This document shows, piece by piece, positions 9,742-19,365 of a stretch of 64,000 nucleotides of DNA. The first letter of the stretch is position 1; each line of letters begins with the position of its first letter. Below the pieces are notes generated by a model. That model saw only the letters and a program-made list of their open reading frames with translations. It made no database searches and was not told the DNA's origin. The position numbers and the translations under genes are program-made. Origin of the DNA: an uncultured Candidatus Saccharibacteria bacterium (GTDB lineage: Bacteria > Patescibacteriota > Minisyncoccia > Phycocordibacterales > UBA9973); NCBI GenBank assembly GCA_964606285.1, contig CAZSFP010000001.1, positions 69,376-133,375 on the forward strand, read 5' to 3'.

Positions 9742-10287
9742 ATGGATCTCTCGCCACTTCTACAACTCGAAGCACTACTCTTTACTGCCGGTGAACCGGT
9801 AGAAGTGTCATTTTTGGTAAAAAAACTTGGCACAAATGTTGCTGCGGTCCAATCCCTTGTCGATGAACTCATGGCAAAATATGAAGGTACGGCGCTGTCT
9901 ATTTTGAAAACTGATACGACAATCAGTCTCGTGACGAGTCCATTGGTCGGGGAATTTCTCGCAGCAGAGAGAAAGGAAACATTGTCGCGTGAATTGACCA
10001 AACCATCACTCGAGACACTTGCCATCGTTCTGTATGGTGACTATGTGACTCGTGCAGACATTGATTATCTTCGTGGTGTCAATTCTCAGTTCATTCTTCG
10101 AAGCCTCCTGATGCGAGGTCTTGTTGATCGTGGTGTTCATCCGTCTGATAGCCGCAAGGTTGTCTATACACCGTCTACTGATTTGCTTTCATTTCTCGGT
10201 TTTACTGATCGAGGATCATTGCCTGACTATGAACGGATGCGTGCTGTCGTGACGGATAAAATTATCAACCAACCAACAGAACAATAA
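9742..10287 (+). CDS. scpB: SMC-Scp complex subunit ScpB
   Basis: LEALLF, LETLAIVLY, RADIDYLRGVNS. Confidence 0.96.
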   Translation: MDLSPLLQLEALLFTAGEPVEVSFLVKKLGTNVAAVQSLVDELMAKYEGTALSILKTDTTISLVTSPLVGEFLAAERKETLSRELTKPSLETLAIVLYGDYVTRADIDYLRGVNSQFILRSLLMRGLVDRGVHPSDSRKVVYTPSTDLLSFLGFTDRGSLPDYERMRAVVTDKIINQPTEQ

Positions 10288-10290
10288 CCC

Positions 10291-11343
10291 ATGCTTGATT
10301 TCATTAAAATTTTCTTGCCCACAACACTCGCATTCCTTATCGGTATTGCGATTACACCTCTTGCGACATCATTCATGTATCATTTTAAACTCTGGAAAAA
10401 AAGCGCGCGTGCAGGGGATGATAAACCGGCAATTTTCAACAAGATCCACAATACAGATGAAGAAATTCGTACACCACGTGTTGGAGGTGTCATTATTTGG
10501 GGAAGTATTGTCATTGCTATGGGAATACTTTTTATTATTGCAAAAATTATCCCATCACCTCTTTCATCAAAACTCGAATTCGTTAGTCGCAATCAGACTT
10601 TGATTCCTCTCGCAGCGCTTGTCTTTGGATCGTTGCTTGGTCTCATTGATGATTTATTGCAAGTGTTCAACGTTGGTTCGTATTCACGTGATCATATTCA
10701 GTATCGCCGGGTCAAGGTTGTTGCGGTCATCCTGATCGGACTAGTGCTCGGTTCATGGTTTTATTTCAAACTCGGTATGACCGGTATCACTGTACCATTT
10801 TTCGGCATGATTTCTCTCGGGTATCTTTTTATTCCCTTTTTTATCTTGGTATTACTTGCGACATTTTCAACGAGTGTCATTGATGGTATCGATGGATTGG
10901 CGGGTGGGGTGCTTGCGACAGTATTTGCCGCATACACCGGCATTGCATTTTTTCAAAACCAGATCGATATCGCTGCATTCTCTGGTGTTATCACAGGCGC
11001 AACTCTTGCATTTCTTTGGTTCAATGTCCCACCGGCACGATTTTATATGGGAGAGACGGGTATGCTTGGTTTGACAGTTGTATTGACGGTTATTGCATTT
11101 TTGACCGATAGTGTGTTGGTATTACCGATCATTGCGTTACCGCTCGTCGCGACATCTTTGTCGGTCATTATTCAGATTTCTTATTACAAGGCGACAGGTG
11201 GCAAACGGTTGTTCAAACTCTCACCACTGCATCATCATTTTGAAGCACTTGGTTGGTCGAGACCAAAGATTACAATGCGGTATTGGATCGTGTCGATCAT
11301 GAGTGCCATTATCGGTATTATTATTGCAGTCATTGGTATATGA
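10291..11343 (+). CDS. mraY: Phospho-N-acetylmuramoyl-pentapeptide transferase (MraY family)
   Basis: TPRVGG, GLIDD, DGIDGL, FNVPPARFYMGETG, PLHHHFE; upstream of ftsW-murG. Confidence 0.92.
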   Translation: MLDFIKIFLPTTLAFLIGIAITPLATSFMYHFKLWKKSARAGDDKPAIFNKIHNTDEEIRTPRVGGVIIWGSIVIAMGILFIIAKIIPSPLSSKLEFVSRNQTLIPLAALVFGSLLGLIDDLLQVFNVGSYSRDHIQYRRVKVVAVILIGLVLGSWFYFKLGMTGITVPFFGMISLGYLFIPFFILVLLATFSTSVIDGIDGLAGGVLATVFAAYTGIAFFQNQIDIAAFSGVITGATLAFLWFNVPPARFYMGETGMLGLTVVLTVIAFLTDSVLVLPIIALPLVATSLSVIIQISYYKATGGKRLFKLSPLHHHFEALGWSRPKITMRYWIVSIMSAIIGIIIAVIGI

Positions 11344-12449
11344 AAACCGAGCGAAAACCTATCGATCGATTTTTCTTTTTCACTGTCCTTGGTCTTCTTG
11401 GTGTTGGTATTCTTATTTTTATTTCTGCGTCATTCGGTATTCTTGCAAAAAATGAAACGAAATTTTATGGTGTTCTTTTTAATCAACTTATTTTCGGTGT
11501 TGGTGGTGGATTGATTGCATTGTCGGTTGCGTCAAAAATTCCGTACAAATTTTGGCGGAATTACTCGTTGTATTTGTTTATTGGATCGATTGTCATCACA
11601 CTTCTGGTGTTCGTGCCGGCACTAGGATTTTCTCATGGTGGTGCACGTCGCTGGATATCACTCGGGCCTGTGTCGTTTCAGCCTGTCGAATTTTTGAAAA
11701 TTGGCTTTGTTATATATTTTGCCGCATGGCTTTCATGGGTCAAAAACCGTGTATCTGATATCCGTTTTGGAGTGTTGCCGCTGGTGATACTACTCGGTAT
11801 TATCGCGCTTGTGCTCTTCAAGCAGCCAGATACCAAAAGCTTCATGCTTATGCTTGCGGCGGCGCTCGCCATGCTGTTCGTCTCAGGAATATCATGGAAG
11901 TATATCATCGGACTTCTCGTTGGTGGGGCCGTGGCACTCGGTATATTGGTTGCTGCGAAGCCATATCTCTTTGAACGTGTACAGACATTTCTCAATCCAT
12001 CACATGATACTGCTGGTTCGTCATATCAATTGATTCAATCATTAAATGCGATCGGTTCTGGGGGTGTCTTTGGAAGAGGGTTCGGACAAAGCGTCCAGAA
12101 ATTCAGTTACCTGCCGGAACCGCAAGGTGATTCGATCTTTGCGGTTGTTGGTGAAGAATTTGGTTTTGTCGGTGCGACGGGCCTCATCGTACTCTTTGTT
12201 GTTTTCTGTTTGCGGGGATTGTGGATCGCATCACGAATTCAAGATGCATTTGGTAGACTTTTGGTCGTAGGAATTGTTATACTGTTGGTAGCACAGTCAT
12301 TTTTGAATATTGCGTCGATTATCGGAGTCTTTCCGCTGACGGGTGTACCACTCGTTTTTATCAGTCATGGAGGAACGGCACTTTTGATCGCGCTCTTTGC
12401 TGTCGGTATCGTGCTCAATGTATCGCGGTCATTACCGCAAAAAGAATAA
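11340..12449 (+). CDS. ftsW: SEDS peptidoglycan polymerase FtsW
   Basis: GARRWI, FQPVEFLK, QPD, LPEPQGDSIFAVVGEEFG, PLTGVPLVFISHGG; ATG 11340 overlaps mraY stop. Confidence 0.95.
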   Translation: MKTERKPIDRFFFFTVLGLLGVGILIFISASFGILAKNETKFYGVLFNQLIFGVGGGLIALSVASKIPYKFWRNYSLYLFIGSIVITLLVFVPALGFSHGGARRWISLGPVSFQPVEFLKIGFVIYFAAWLSWVKNRVSDIRFGVLPLVILLGIIALVLFKQPDTKSFMLMLAAALAMLFVSGISWKYIIGLLVGGAVALGILVAAKPYLFERVQTFLNPSHDTAGSSYQLIQSLNAIGSGGVFGRGFGQSVQKFSYLPEPQGDSIFAVVGEEFGFVGATGLIVLFVVFCLRGLWIASRIQDAFGRLLVVGIVILLVAQSFLNIASIIGVFPLTGVPLVFISHGGTALLIALFAVGIVLNVSRSLPQKE

Positions 12450-12452
12450 TTT

Positions 12453-13604
12453 ATGAAAATCGGATTTACCGGAGGGGGAACAGGCGGGCATGTGTATCCA
12501 CTCATCGCCGTTGCCGAAAAAGTGAATACTGAAATCGAACGCCAGAAAATTCTTGGTGCAGAGTTGTATTTCTTTTCAGACAAAGAATATGACAAAGGCG
12601 CATTATTTGAAAATAACCTTACCTTTGTTCCTGTGACTGCCGGCAAACTTCGCCTCTATTTTTCTCTGCAAAATATTATTGATGTCATCAAAACACCATT
12701 TGCTATTTTTGATGCTATTTTGAAACTCTACAAAGTGTATCCAGACGTTATTTTCAGTAAAGGCGGATACGTATCATTTCCTGTTCTCTGTGCTGCAAGA
12801 ATACTGGGTATTCCAGTCGTCATTCATGAATCAGATACGTATCCGGGACGAGTTAATGCATGGGCGGGAAAATTTGCCGCACGTATCGGCGTCTCATACA
12901 ACGAAGCTGCCATGTTTTTCCCAAGAGAAAAAACAGCATGGACCGGCCAGCCAGTTCGGGCAGAAATAATGAAACCTGAAACATCAGGACAATATGAATT
13001 TTTCAAACTTGATTCACGCCTCCCGGTCCTCCTTGTTCTCGGTGGTTCTCAGGGTGCAGACAAGATCAATACCGTGCTTCTCGATGCGTTGCCAGATCTC
13101 TTGGCAAAATATCAGGTCATTCATCAAGTCGGGACTAAACTTGTCGATATTTACAAAGAAGAGGTCAATGTTGTTCTTGGTACTGACAATCCATACAAGG
13201 ACCGCTATGTGCCGCTTGGATTTCTCAATGCAGTAACACTCAAAAATGCCGCAGGAGCAGCATCACTTATCATTTCTCGTGCGGGATCATCGCTCTTTGA
13301 AATTGCAAATTGGGGCGTACCGTCGATCATCATTCCGATCACGACATCAAACGGCGATCATCAACGCAAAAATGCGTTTGCATATGCGCGTGCTGGTGGT
13401 TGTGTCGTCATCGAAGAAGCAAATCTCACACCACATGTTCTTGTGTCACAAGTCGAAGATATTTTGAATAATCCTGCAATCTATGAAGGATTAAAGATGG
13501 GCGCTAAAAACTTTGCGCACCCAGACGCCGCTGAAATTATTGCGAAAGAGCTTCTCTCGATCTCTTTGTCACACGAAAAACCAGGTACTCCAAAAACACA
13601 ATAG
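12453..13604 (+). CDS. murG: Lipid II GlcNAc transferase MurG
   Basis: GGGTGGHVYP, KGGYVS, HES, GGSQGA, SRAGS, HQRKNA. Confidence 0.98.
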   Translation: MKIGFTGGGTGGHVYPLIAVAEKVNTEIERQKILGAELYFFSDKEYDKGALFENNLTFVPVTAGKLRLYFSLQNIIDVIKTPFAIFDAILKLYKVYPDVIFSKGGYVSFPVLCAARILGIPVVIHESDTYPGRVNAWAGKFAARIGVSYNEAAMFFPREKTAWTGQPVRAEIMKPETSGQYEFFKLDSRLPVLLVLGGSQGADKINTVLLDALPDLLAKYQVIHQVGTKLVDIYKEEVNVVLGTDNPYKDRYVPLGFLNAVTLKNAAGAASLIISRAGSSLFEIANWGVPSIIIPITTSNGDHQRKNAFAYARAGGCVVIEEANLTPHVLVSQVEDILNNPAIYEGLKMGAKNFAHPDAAEIIAKELLSISLSHEKPGTPKTQ

Positions 13605-13623
13605 TTTGTGCTAGTATATAGCT

Positions 13624-15087
13624 ATGTCACAAAAAGTAGTCACTCGTTTTGCCCCTAGTCCGACAGGTTTTATGCATATCGGCGGCGTTCGCACTGCATT
13701 GTATGCGTGGCTTTTTGCTCGCAAACACAACGGTACATTTATACTTCGTATCGAAGACACTGATAAAAAACGTGAAGTCGAAGGTTCGATCGATCATATT
13801 ATTGCATCTTTAAAATGGCTCGGTATCTCATGGGACGAGGGTCCTGATATCGGCGGATCACATGCACCGTATTTACAATCACAAAGACTTGATTCATATA
13901 AAAAATACGCACAAATTCTCATCGACAAAGGATTTGCCTATGCTGATCCGTATACAGAAGCAGAGTTAGAGAAATTTCGTGCAGATGCAGAAGCATCGAA
14001 GCAACCGTTTCTTTATCGAAATTATCGACCAGAAAATCCTCCAGTATGGGATGGTTCTCAACCGCTTCGATTCAAAGTAAAAGATATAAAAACATATGAA
14101 TGGAATGATCTTGTCCGTGGTACATTGTCTGCCGGACCAGAAGCACTTGATGATATCATTTTGATAAAAAGTGACGGATATCCAACCTACAATTTTGCCC
14201 ACATCATAGATGATCTAGAAATGGGTGTGACACATATCATGCGTGCAGATGAATTTATCTCTTCAACGCCAAAGTTTCTCTGTATTTATGAAGCGCTCGG
14301 CATACAACGTCCGGAAATAGCGACATTGCCACCAATCATGGGACCAGAAGGAAAAAAGAAATTGAGTAAACGAGATGGAGCCAAAGATATTCTTGATTAT
14401 AAAAACGAAGGTTATCTTCCAGAAGCAATCATGAACTTTTTGATATTTATTGGATGGAATCCTGGTGGAGAACGTGAACTTTATACTGCAGAAGAATTGA
14501 TGCAAGAATTTGATATTTCAAAAATTCATAGCAGTGGTGGAAAATTCAACGAAGACAAACTCAACTGGTTCAACCGTGAATATATCAAAAAGCTCGATCA
14601 GAGTGGGTTTTGGACTAATGGAGAGAAATGGGTGCCGCAATGGGTCTATGACATAGATACAAAATATGAAATGCTTGCAAAAATAGAATTCTTGATCCGT
14701 GATCGTATTGAAAAATTCTCTGACATCAAGACTTTGTTTGAATCAGGTGAATTCGATTATTTCTTCAAAGAACCGGTTATCGATGATATTCAAAATATGA
14801 TTTGGAAATCTCTTCGTGATACTGCGGACGGAAAAGAAAAAACAAAAACGTATCTCACTCAGGCAAAAAATCTCCTTGAAACCATTTCTGAATCTGATTG
14901 GTCAGAAACAAAAGTAAAAGAATTGATCTGGCCACTGACAGAAACATACGGTCGTGGCGAACTGCTTTGGCCGATCCGGTATTCACTTTCTGGTCGTGAT
15001 AAGTCTCCTGATCCATTCGTTCTTGCCGGGATTCTCGGTAAAGATACTACAGTCAAACGTCTCACTACCGCAATATCACTTCTATAA
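13624..15087 (+). CDS. gltX: Glutamyl-tRNA synthetase
   Basis: RFAPSPTG..HIGG, RIEDTD, KLSKRDG. Confidence 0.98.
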   Translation: MSQKVVTRFAPSPTGFMHIGGVRTALYAWLFARKHNGTFILRIEDTDKKREVEGSIDHIIASLKWLGISWDEGPDIGGSHAPYLQSQRLDSYKKYAQILIDKGFAYADPYTEAELEKFRADAEASKQPFLYRNYRPENPPVWDGSQPLRFKVKDIKTYEWNDLVRGTLSAGPEALDDIILIKSDGYPTYNFAHIIDDLEMGVTHIMRADEFISSTPKFLCIYEALGIQRPEIATLPPIMGPEGKKKLSKRDGAKDILDYKNEGYLPEAIMNFLIFIGWNPGGERELYTAEELMQEFDISKIHSSGGKFNEDKLNWFNREYIKKLDQSGFWTNGEKWVPQWVYDIDTKYEMLAKIEFLIRDRIEKFSDIKTLFESGEFDYFFKEPVIDDIQNMIWKSLRDTADGKEKTKTYLTQAKNLLETISESDWSETKVKELIWPLTETYGRGELLWPIRYSLSGRDKSPDPFVLAGILGKDTTVKRLTTAISLL

Positions 15088-15493
15088 AATAAAAACACCC
15101 CTTACTCATGATAAGAGGTGTTTTATTGTGCTGGATACTTTGAGTCCAATATGTAGGTGTATCCCGTGGACAATATATTGATGGTGGGCGGATCCGCTGT
15201 TTGCCTTCCTTGTGAAGGGAACAGTTGAGGATCCGCCCGGAACTTTTTTTGATATTACATGAATAGATTCTGTGGGGGGTCAGAGAAAACGGAAAAAGAG
15301 TTATATATTCCTCGGGTGGAAAGTATGGATTTATTTTGAAGTCCATATCTATGTGAGGCTTTTTTTGTTCAGATTTTTGTGGTGCTTCTGCAACTACTTC
15401 AAATTCAATATTTTCTGTACAATTACTGGAATTGAGACGGTGACTTAGTGATGAACCAAGCATACCTATTCCTACTACTATGAATCCTTTCAT
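15065..15493 (-). pseudogene. AT-rich cassette ORF, possibly degenerate (reads through a hairpin and the gltX terminator)
   Basis: TTGCCT-17-TAGGAT promoter; starts VVGIGMLG (GxGxxG-like); 3' end overlaps gltX. Confidence 0.4.
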
Positions 15494-15598
15494 ATAAGAT
15501 GATGTTTGGAACAATTTCCAAGTATCCTACTACAGGTGTTTTAAAAAGGCAAGATGTATCCAAATTTTTTATAAAATCTTCTATGGTAGAATAGACGT

Positions 15599-16045
15599 AT
15601 GTCAATACTTAAAATAGGAACTGTTGCACCAGATTTTTCATTACTTGATCACGATGGAAAGGTGACGTCACTATCTCAATTTCATGGATCATATGTCTTA
15701 CTCTATTTTTATCCGAAAGATGACACACCAGGTTGTACCAAAGAAGCATGCATGATTCGTGATGTCTACAATGACTTTCAAAAGAAGGGAATTGTGGTCC
15801 TTGGAGTTTCAAAAGATTCACCGGTATCACATGCGAGGTTCCGTGAGAAATATGAATTGCCGTTCACGTTGCTTTCTGATCCCGACAAAAAAGTTATCAA
15901 AGCATACGGTGCACTTGCGGGTATCTTAACTCGCCGTATTTCATATCTCATCGATCCAAAAGGAATAATCGTCCGTGTCTATCCAAAAGTTGATCCAGCG
16001 AGTCATGCAGGAGAAATTTTGAAAGATATAGAATCTTTGAATTAA
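15599..16045 (+). CDS. bcp: Peroxiredoxin, BCP/PrxQ family
   Basis: YFYPKDDTPGCTKEAC. Confidence 0.96.
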   Translation: MSILKIGTVAPDFSLLDHDGKVTSLSQFHGSYVLLYFYPKDDTPGCTKEACMIRDVYNDFQKKGIVVLGVSKDSPVSHARFREKYELPFTLLSDPDKKVIKAYGALAGILTRRISYLIDPKGIIVRVYPKVDPASHAGEILKDIESLN

Positions 16046-16138
16046 GAGTTGTATCCTAGTTTTTGATTTTGAATTTTTATACTAGTACCTATAACCTTGA
16101 ACCTTTTATCTGTTCTCTAGTTATCCACATCTATTTCC

Positions 16139-16167
16139 TTGCATGTGAACGATCGTTCACATATACT
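16139..16167 (+). promoter_or_regulatory. Promoter of small ORF-lexA unit with palindromic operator (GAAC-N4-GTTC) in the spacer
   Basis: TTGCAT-17-TATACT; 20-bp perfect palindrome ATGTGAACGATCGTTCACAT at 16143-16162. Confidence 0.8.
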
Positions 16168-16213
16168 ATATGTAGTCGAAAAGATAATAATTAATCAAAT
16201 AACAAGACTATAT

Positions 16214-16408
16214 ATGACACGAGAACAATATGTGAAAATAATAGAAAAAGAACTTCACCAGATCAACAAGAAGATCGATCTCAAAATTCTTCGCGGTCAG
16301 GAATATTCTAGAGAAGCACGAGACCACAAGCTCCTCTTGAAGAAAATCCGACAAAACACACGACGAAGTCTTTTTGGTAAATTATTCTTCTTTCTCCCAC
16401 AGTTTTAA
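16214..16408 (+). CDS. Small basic hypothetical protein upstream of lexA
   Basis: 64-aa ORF ending 3 nt before lexA ATG. Confidence 0.7.
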   Translation: MTREQYVKIIEKELHQINKKIDLKILRGQEYSREARDHKLLLKKIRQNTRRSLFGKLFFFLPQF

Positions 16409-16411
16409 TTT

Positions 16412-16978
16412 ATGGATACTAATTATAAAGAAAAACTTATATCGTTCTACCGATCCAAAAAGCGCATGCCCACATATTCTGAAATGATGGGGCTTTTTGG
16501 TTTCAAATCAAAAAACGCAGTCTTCCGTCTCGTTGAGAAATTCATCGATGCTGGGTTAGTTGCCAAAGATCATTTGGGTAGACTGATTCCGAATGCATCG
16601 CTCGGCAATATCCCACTTCTTGGTTCTGTGACAGCAGGCTTTCCGGCAACCGTTGAAGAAGAAATGAAAGACACCCTCGATCTCAATGATTATCTCCTGA
16701 CCAAAACAGGGACGACGTATATGCTTGAAGTCGATGGGAACTCTATGATTGATGCGCATATTGCTGATGGTGATATGGTGCTTGCTGAACGAACAAATGA
16801 TGCCAAGGATGGAGAGATTGTTATCGCAGAGATCGACGGGGAATTCACGATGAAATATTTGAAGAAAAAAGGGGACGCAGTCTGGCTTGAGCCAGCAAAC
16901 AAAGCATTCAAGCCGATGTACCCGAAACATTCCTTCAGTATCGTTGCCCGTATCAAGGCAGTTATCAGGAAGTATTAA
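16412..16978 (+). CDS. lexA: LexA-family repressor (wHTH + S24 peptidase)
   Basis: MPTYSEM..FGFKS, VTAG-FP cleavage site, GNSMID (Ser), TMKY (Lys). Confidence 0.88.
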   Translation: MDTNYKEKLISFYRSKKRMPTYSEMMGLFGFKSKNAVFRLVEKFIDAGLVAKDHLGRLIPNASLGNIPLLGSVTAGFPATVEEEMKDTLDLNDYLLTKTGTTYMLEVDGNSMIDAHIADGDMVLAERTNDAKDGEIVIAEIDGEFTMKYLKKKGDAVWLEPANKAFKPMYPKHSFSIVARIKAVIRKY

Positions 16979-16981
16979 ATA

Positions 16982-17554
16982 ATGATTACTATATCTAAAT
17001 ATACAATACCCAATTTTGAAGATATAAGGCATAACTATAATTTTAAAGATCGTATTGATCTTAAATATGCAAGTTATATTGCGTGTTTATATTATGAATT
17101 TGCTTATTATCGAATGTTGGGATTTAGTGATATTCGTAGTAGATTTTTTAAAGAAAATTTACCTGATAATAATCTAATAAATAATTATTTAAATCAATCT
17201 TGGTCCGAAGCTTATTCAGTTTATGCATTATTGCGAACCTCTATTGAAGCAGTAAGAAAAATAAATAAAGGATTACTAAACGAAAATCTTATTAATTCTT
17301 ATTATAAAACTAAGATAAAAAATATTATTAACATTACTAACGACATTATTAAGCATCCAATGTTTAATGATGCTAGTGGTCAATCTCAGGCATATCGTCC
17401 AATAAGTTTGGATATAGGGGGAAATATAGATATAGAAAGATGGATAGATAAAACTACACCTTCTTCGACTTTAAGTATTTCTCCAATGGAAGATTTCGAA
17501 GCAGTAAAAAATTATTTAGAACACATAGCAGAATTATTAAAATCAATAAAATAA
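16982..17554 (+). CDS. Hypothetical protein, very AT-rich
   Basis: 190-aa ORF 3 nt after lexA stop; NDIIKHP segment only loosely HEPN-like. Confidence 0.75.
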   Translation: MITISKYTIPNFEDIRHNYNFKDRIDLKYASYIACLYYEFAYYRMLGFSDIRSRFFKENLPDNNLINNYLNQSWSEAYSVYALLRTSIEAVRKINKGLLNENLINSYYKTKIKNIINITNDIIKHPMFNDASGQSQAYRPISLDIGGNIDIERWIDKTTPSSTLSISPMEDFEAVKNYLEHIAELLKSIK

Positions 17555-17599
17555 TAAAGAAGATACAATTTGTTAATTTTTCTGCTATGATACGTTTCT

Positions 17600-18169
17600 A
17601 TGCAGATAACCTCAGCAACGTTTGTAAAAGGAATAACTTCAGATGATGCGATACTGACCGACGGGATACCTCAGGTCGCGTTTATTGGCCGTTCCAATGT
17701 CGGCAAATCAAGTATTTTGAATGCACTCACTTGGCAAAAGGATTTGGCGCGCACAAGTTCTTTTCCTGGCAGAACCCAGGAGATCAACTTCTTTTTGATC
17801 AACAAGTCTTTCTATCTCGTAGATCTTCCAGGATACGGTTATGCGCAGATGTCCGGTGGTGGGCGAGATAAAATACGAACTATTATTTATACGTATCTTT
17901 TTCATTCTCTTGCGACTCAGAAAAAAGTGGTTCTGATTATCGATGCACTCGTTGGTCCAACAAAAGAGGATTTGGAAGTCCTCCATGAACTCGAAGAACA
18001 CAAAAAGGATATTGTGGTTATCGCAAACAAGATAGACAAAGTACCAAAAGCGAGCTACATCAATCATATGAAGAAAATCCAGACTCAAATCGGCCGACAC
18101 AAGATGATCGTGTATTCTTCCAAGAAAAAAACAGGTGATACTGATGTTCTCCGAACAATTTTGAAATAA
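17600..18169 (+). CDS. engB: Ribosome biogenesis GTPase YihA/YsxC
   Basis: [25 protein letters not shown]. Confidence 0.97.
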   Translation: MQITSATFVKGITSDDAILTDGIPQVAFIGRSNVGKSSILNALTWQKDLARTSSFPGRTQEINFFLINKSFYLVDLPGYGYAQMSGGGRDKIRTIIYTYLFHSLATQKKVVLIIDALVGPTKEDLEVLHELEEHKKDIVVIANKIDKVPKASYINHMKKIQTQIGRHKMIVYSSKKKTGDTDVLRTILK

Positions 18170-18264
18170 CCATACAATATATACTTTGTATAGGTAACAA
18201 TTTTCTCTATGTTTCGTTTATACTATATGTACCGCTATACGGTATATTAATTACTATAAAATTT

Positions 18265-18981
18265 ATGAATAAAAAAATATACATGTCTCTTAGTTCTCTG
18301 GCGATTGGTGCAGTATGTGGACTTATGATTGTTGCAGTGCCTGCGCATGCATTGCTGCCAGATATATCTCTCGATACAAGTACCCAAGTCAATACCCAAT
18401 ATGATTCCAATAATGGAAACAATGCAAATGCCAATGCTTCAACTAATGCACGGGTAAACAGTCAAAAAAATAATAAGAATGATAATGACTCACTGATCAT
18501 CAATAGAAGCCGAACCAATATGAATAGCAATGCAAATGCTGCTGTTTCTTTGGAAAATATCAAAGATAGAAACGACCTGTCTTTGTATGTGAATTCTCTT
18601 GTCAAAGCAGATAAGGATTTCAAAGGAATTCGTTCAGACGATAAAGAAGTTATCGTGACGTATAAACAATACGCAGAATTGTTCGGATTTATTCCAGTAC
18701 GTTTTAACGCACATGCACAAATAGAAAATGATGGCATAGTGCATGTTCGATATCCATGGTATCGTTTCTTGCTTTCTGGAGCTAGTAAGAACGCCTTAGA
18801 AGCTCGGTTACAGACCAAAGCTCATGGTATCATCGGTGACTCTACAAATGAATCTACTACACAATTTTCTGCTCAGACACAAGCTCATCTGATCAATGAA
18901 TTTCGTAAAGAAATGAAAGAAAATTATGAAGCTGATATCAAAGTAAACGCAAAAGTAGATAATTCTACTAATACGAGATAA
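18265..18981 (+). CDS. Secreted hypothetical protein, Asn-rich linker
   Basis: Signal peptide ending PAHA; LFGFIPV and VRYPWY motifs. Confidence 0.8.
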   Translation: MNKKIYMSLSSLAIGAVCGLMIVAVPAHALLPDISLDTSTQVNTQYDSNNGNNANANASTNARVNSQKNNKNDNDSLIINRSRTNMNSNANAAVSLENIKDRNDLSLYVNSLVKADKDFKGIRSDDKEVIVTYKQYAELFGFIPVRFNAHAQIENDGIVHVRYPWYRFLLSGASKNALEARLQTKAHGIIGDSTNESTTQFSAQTQAHLINEFRKEMKENYEADIKVNAKVDNSTNTR

Positions 18982-19087
18982 TTAAAATAAAAACACTCCA
19001 TATGACATGGTGTGTTTTTATTTTCCACAGTACTGTATTTTTCTGATGTGCTACAATAATTCTATTACAATAATCACACACATTTGT

Positions 19088-19153
19088 ATGGCAAAAGGAA
19101 ATAATCGTCAACAAAAAAACAAAAAGAAGCCAAAGAAAGAAAAGGCGAAGTAA
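19088..19153 (+). CDS. 21-aa Lys-rich microprotein (not in ORF track)
   Basis: MAKGNNRQQKNKKKPKKEKAK*; TGCTACAAT upstream, terminator immediately downstream. Confidence 0.6.
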   Translation: MAKGNNRQQKNKKKPKKEKAK

Positions 19154-19154
19154 T

Positions 19155-19187
19155 AAAAACTCCACAGATAAAGTCTGTGGAGTTTTT
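19155..19187 (+). terminator. Intrinsic terminator
   Basis: AAAAACTCCACAGA-TAAAG-TCTGTGGAGTTTTT. Confidence 0.85.
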
Positions 19188-19202
19188 GAATGAATGAATT
19201 TT

Positions 19203-19319
19203 ACTCTCCTCCTTTTCGAGGAGGAGTACCCGAAGGGGGAGGTGGTGATCTTGTATTCTATAATTACCACCCCGTCTGGCGAGTATGCCAGCCACTCTTC
19301 CTTGATCAAGGAAGGGAAT
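19203..19319. repeat. Inverted doublet of REP-like palindromic units (nuclease-free relative of the DUF559 cassette)
   Basis: Left unit 19203-19249 matches reverse complement of 53153-53200 at 46/48; right unit is a diverged inverted copy. Confidence 0.85.
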
Positions 19320-19365
19320 TGGGAAAAATGCAAGATCTGTTTTTGTATGGTACACATATATACAC

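Noticed and set aside
16121-16129. DnaA box as replication origin
   Set aside because: Single box with no cluster and no dnaA/dnaN nearby
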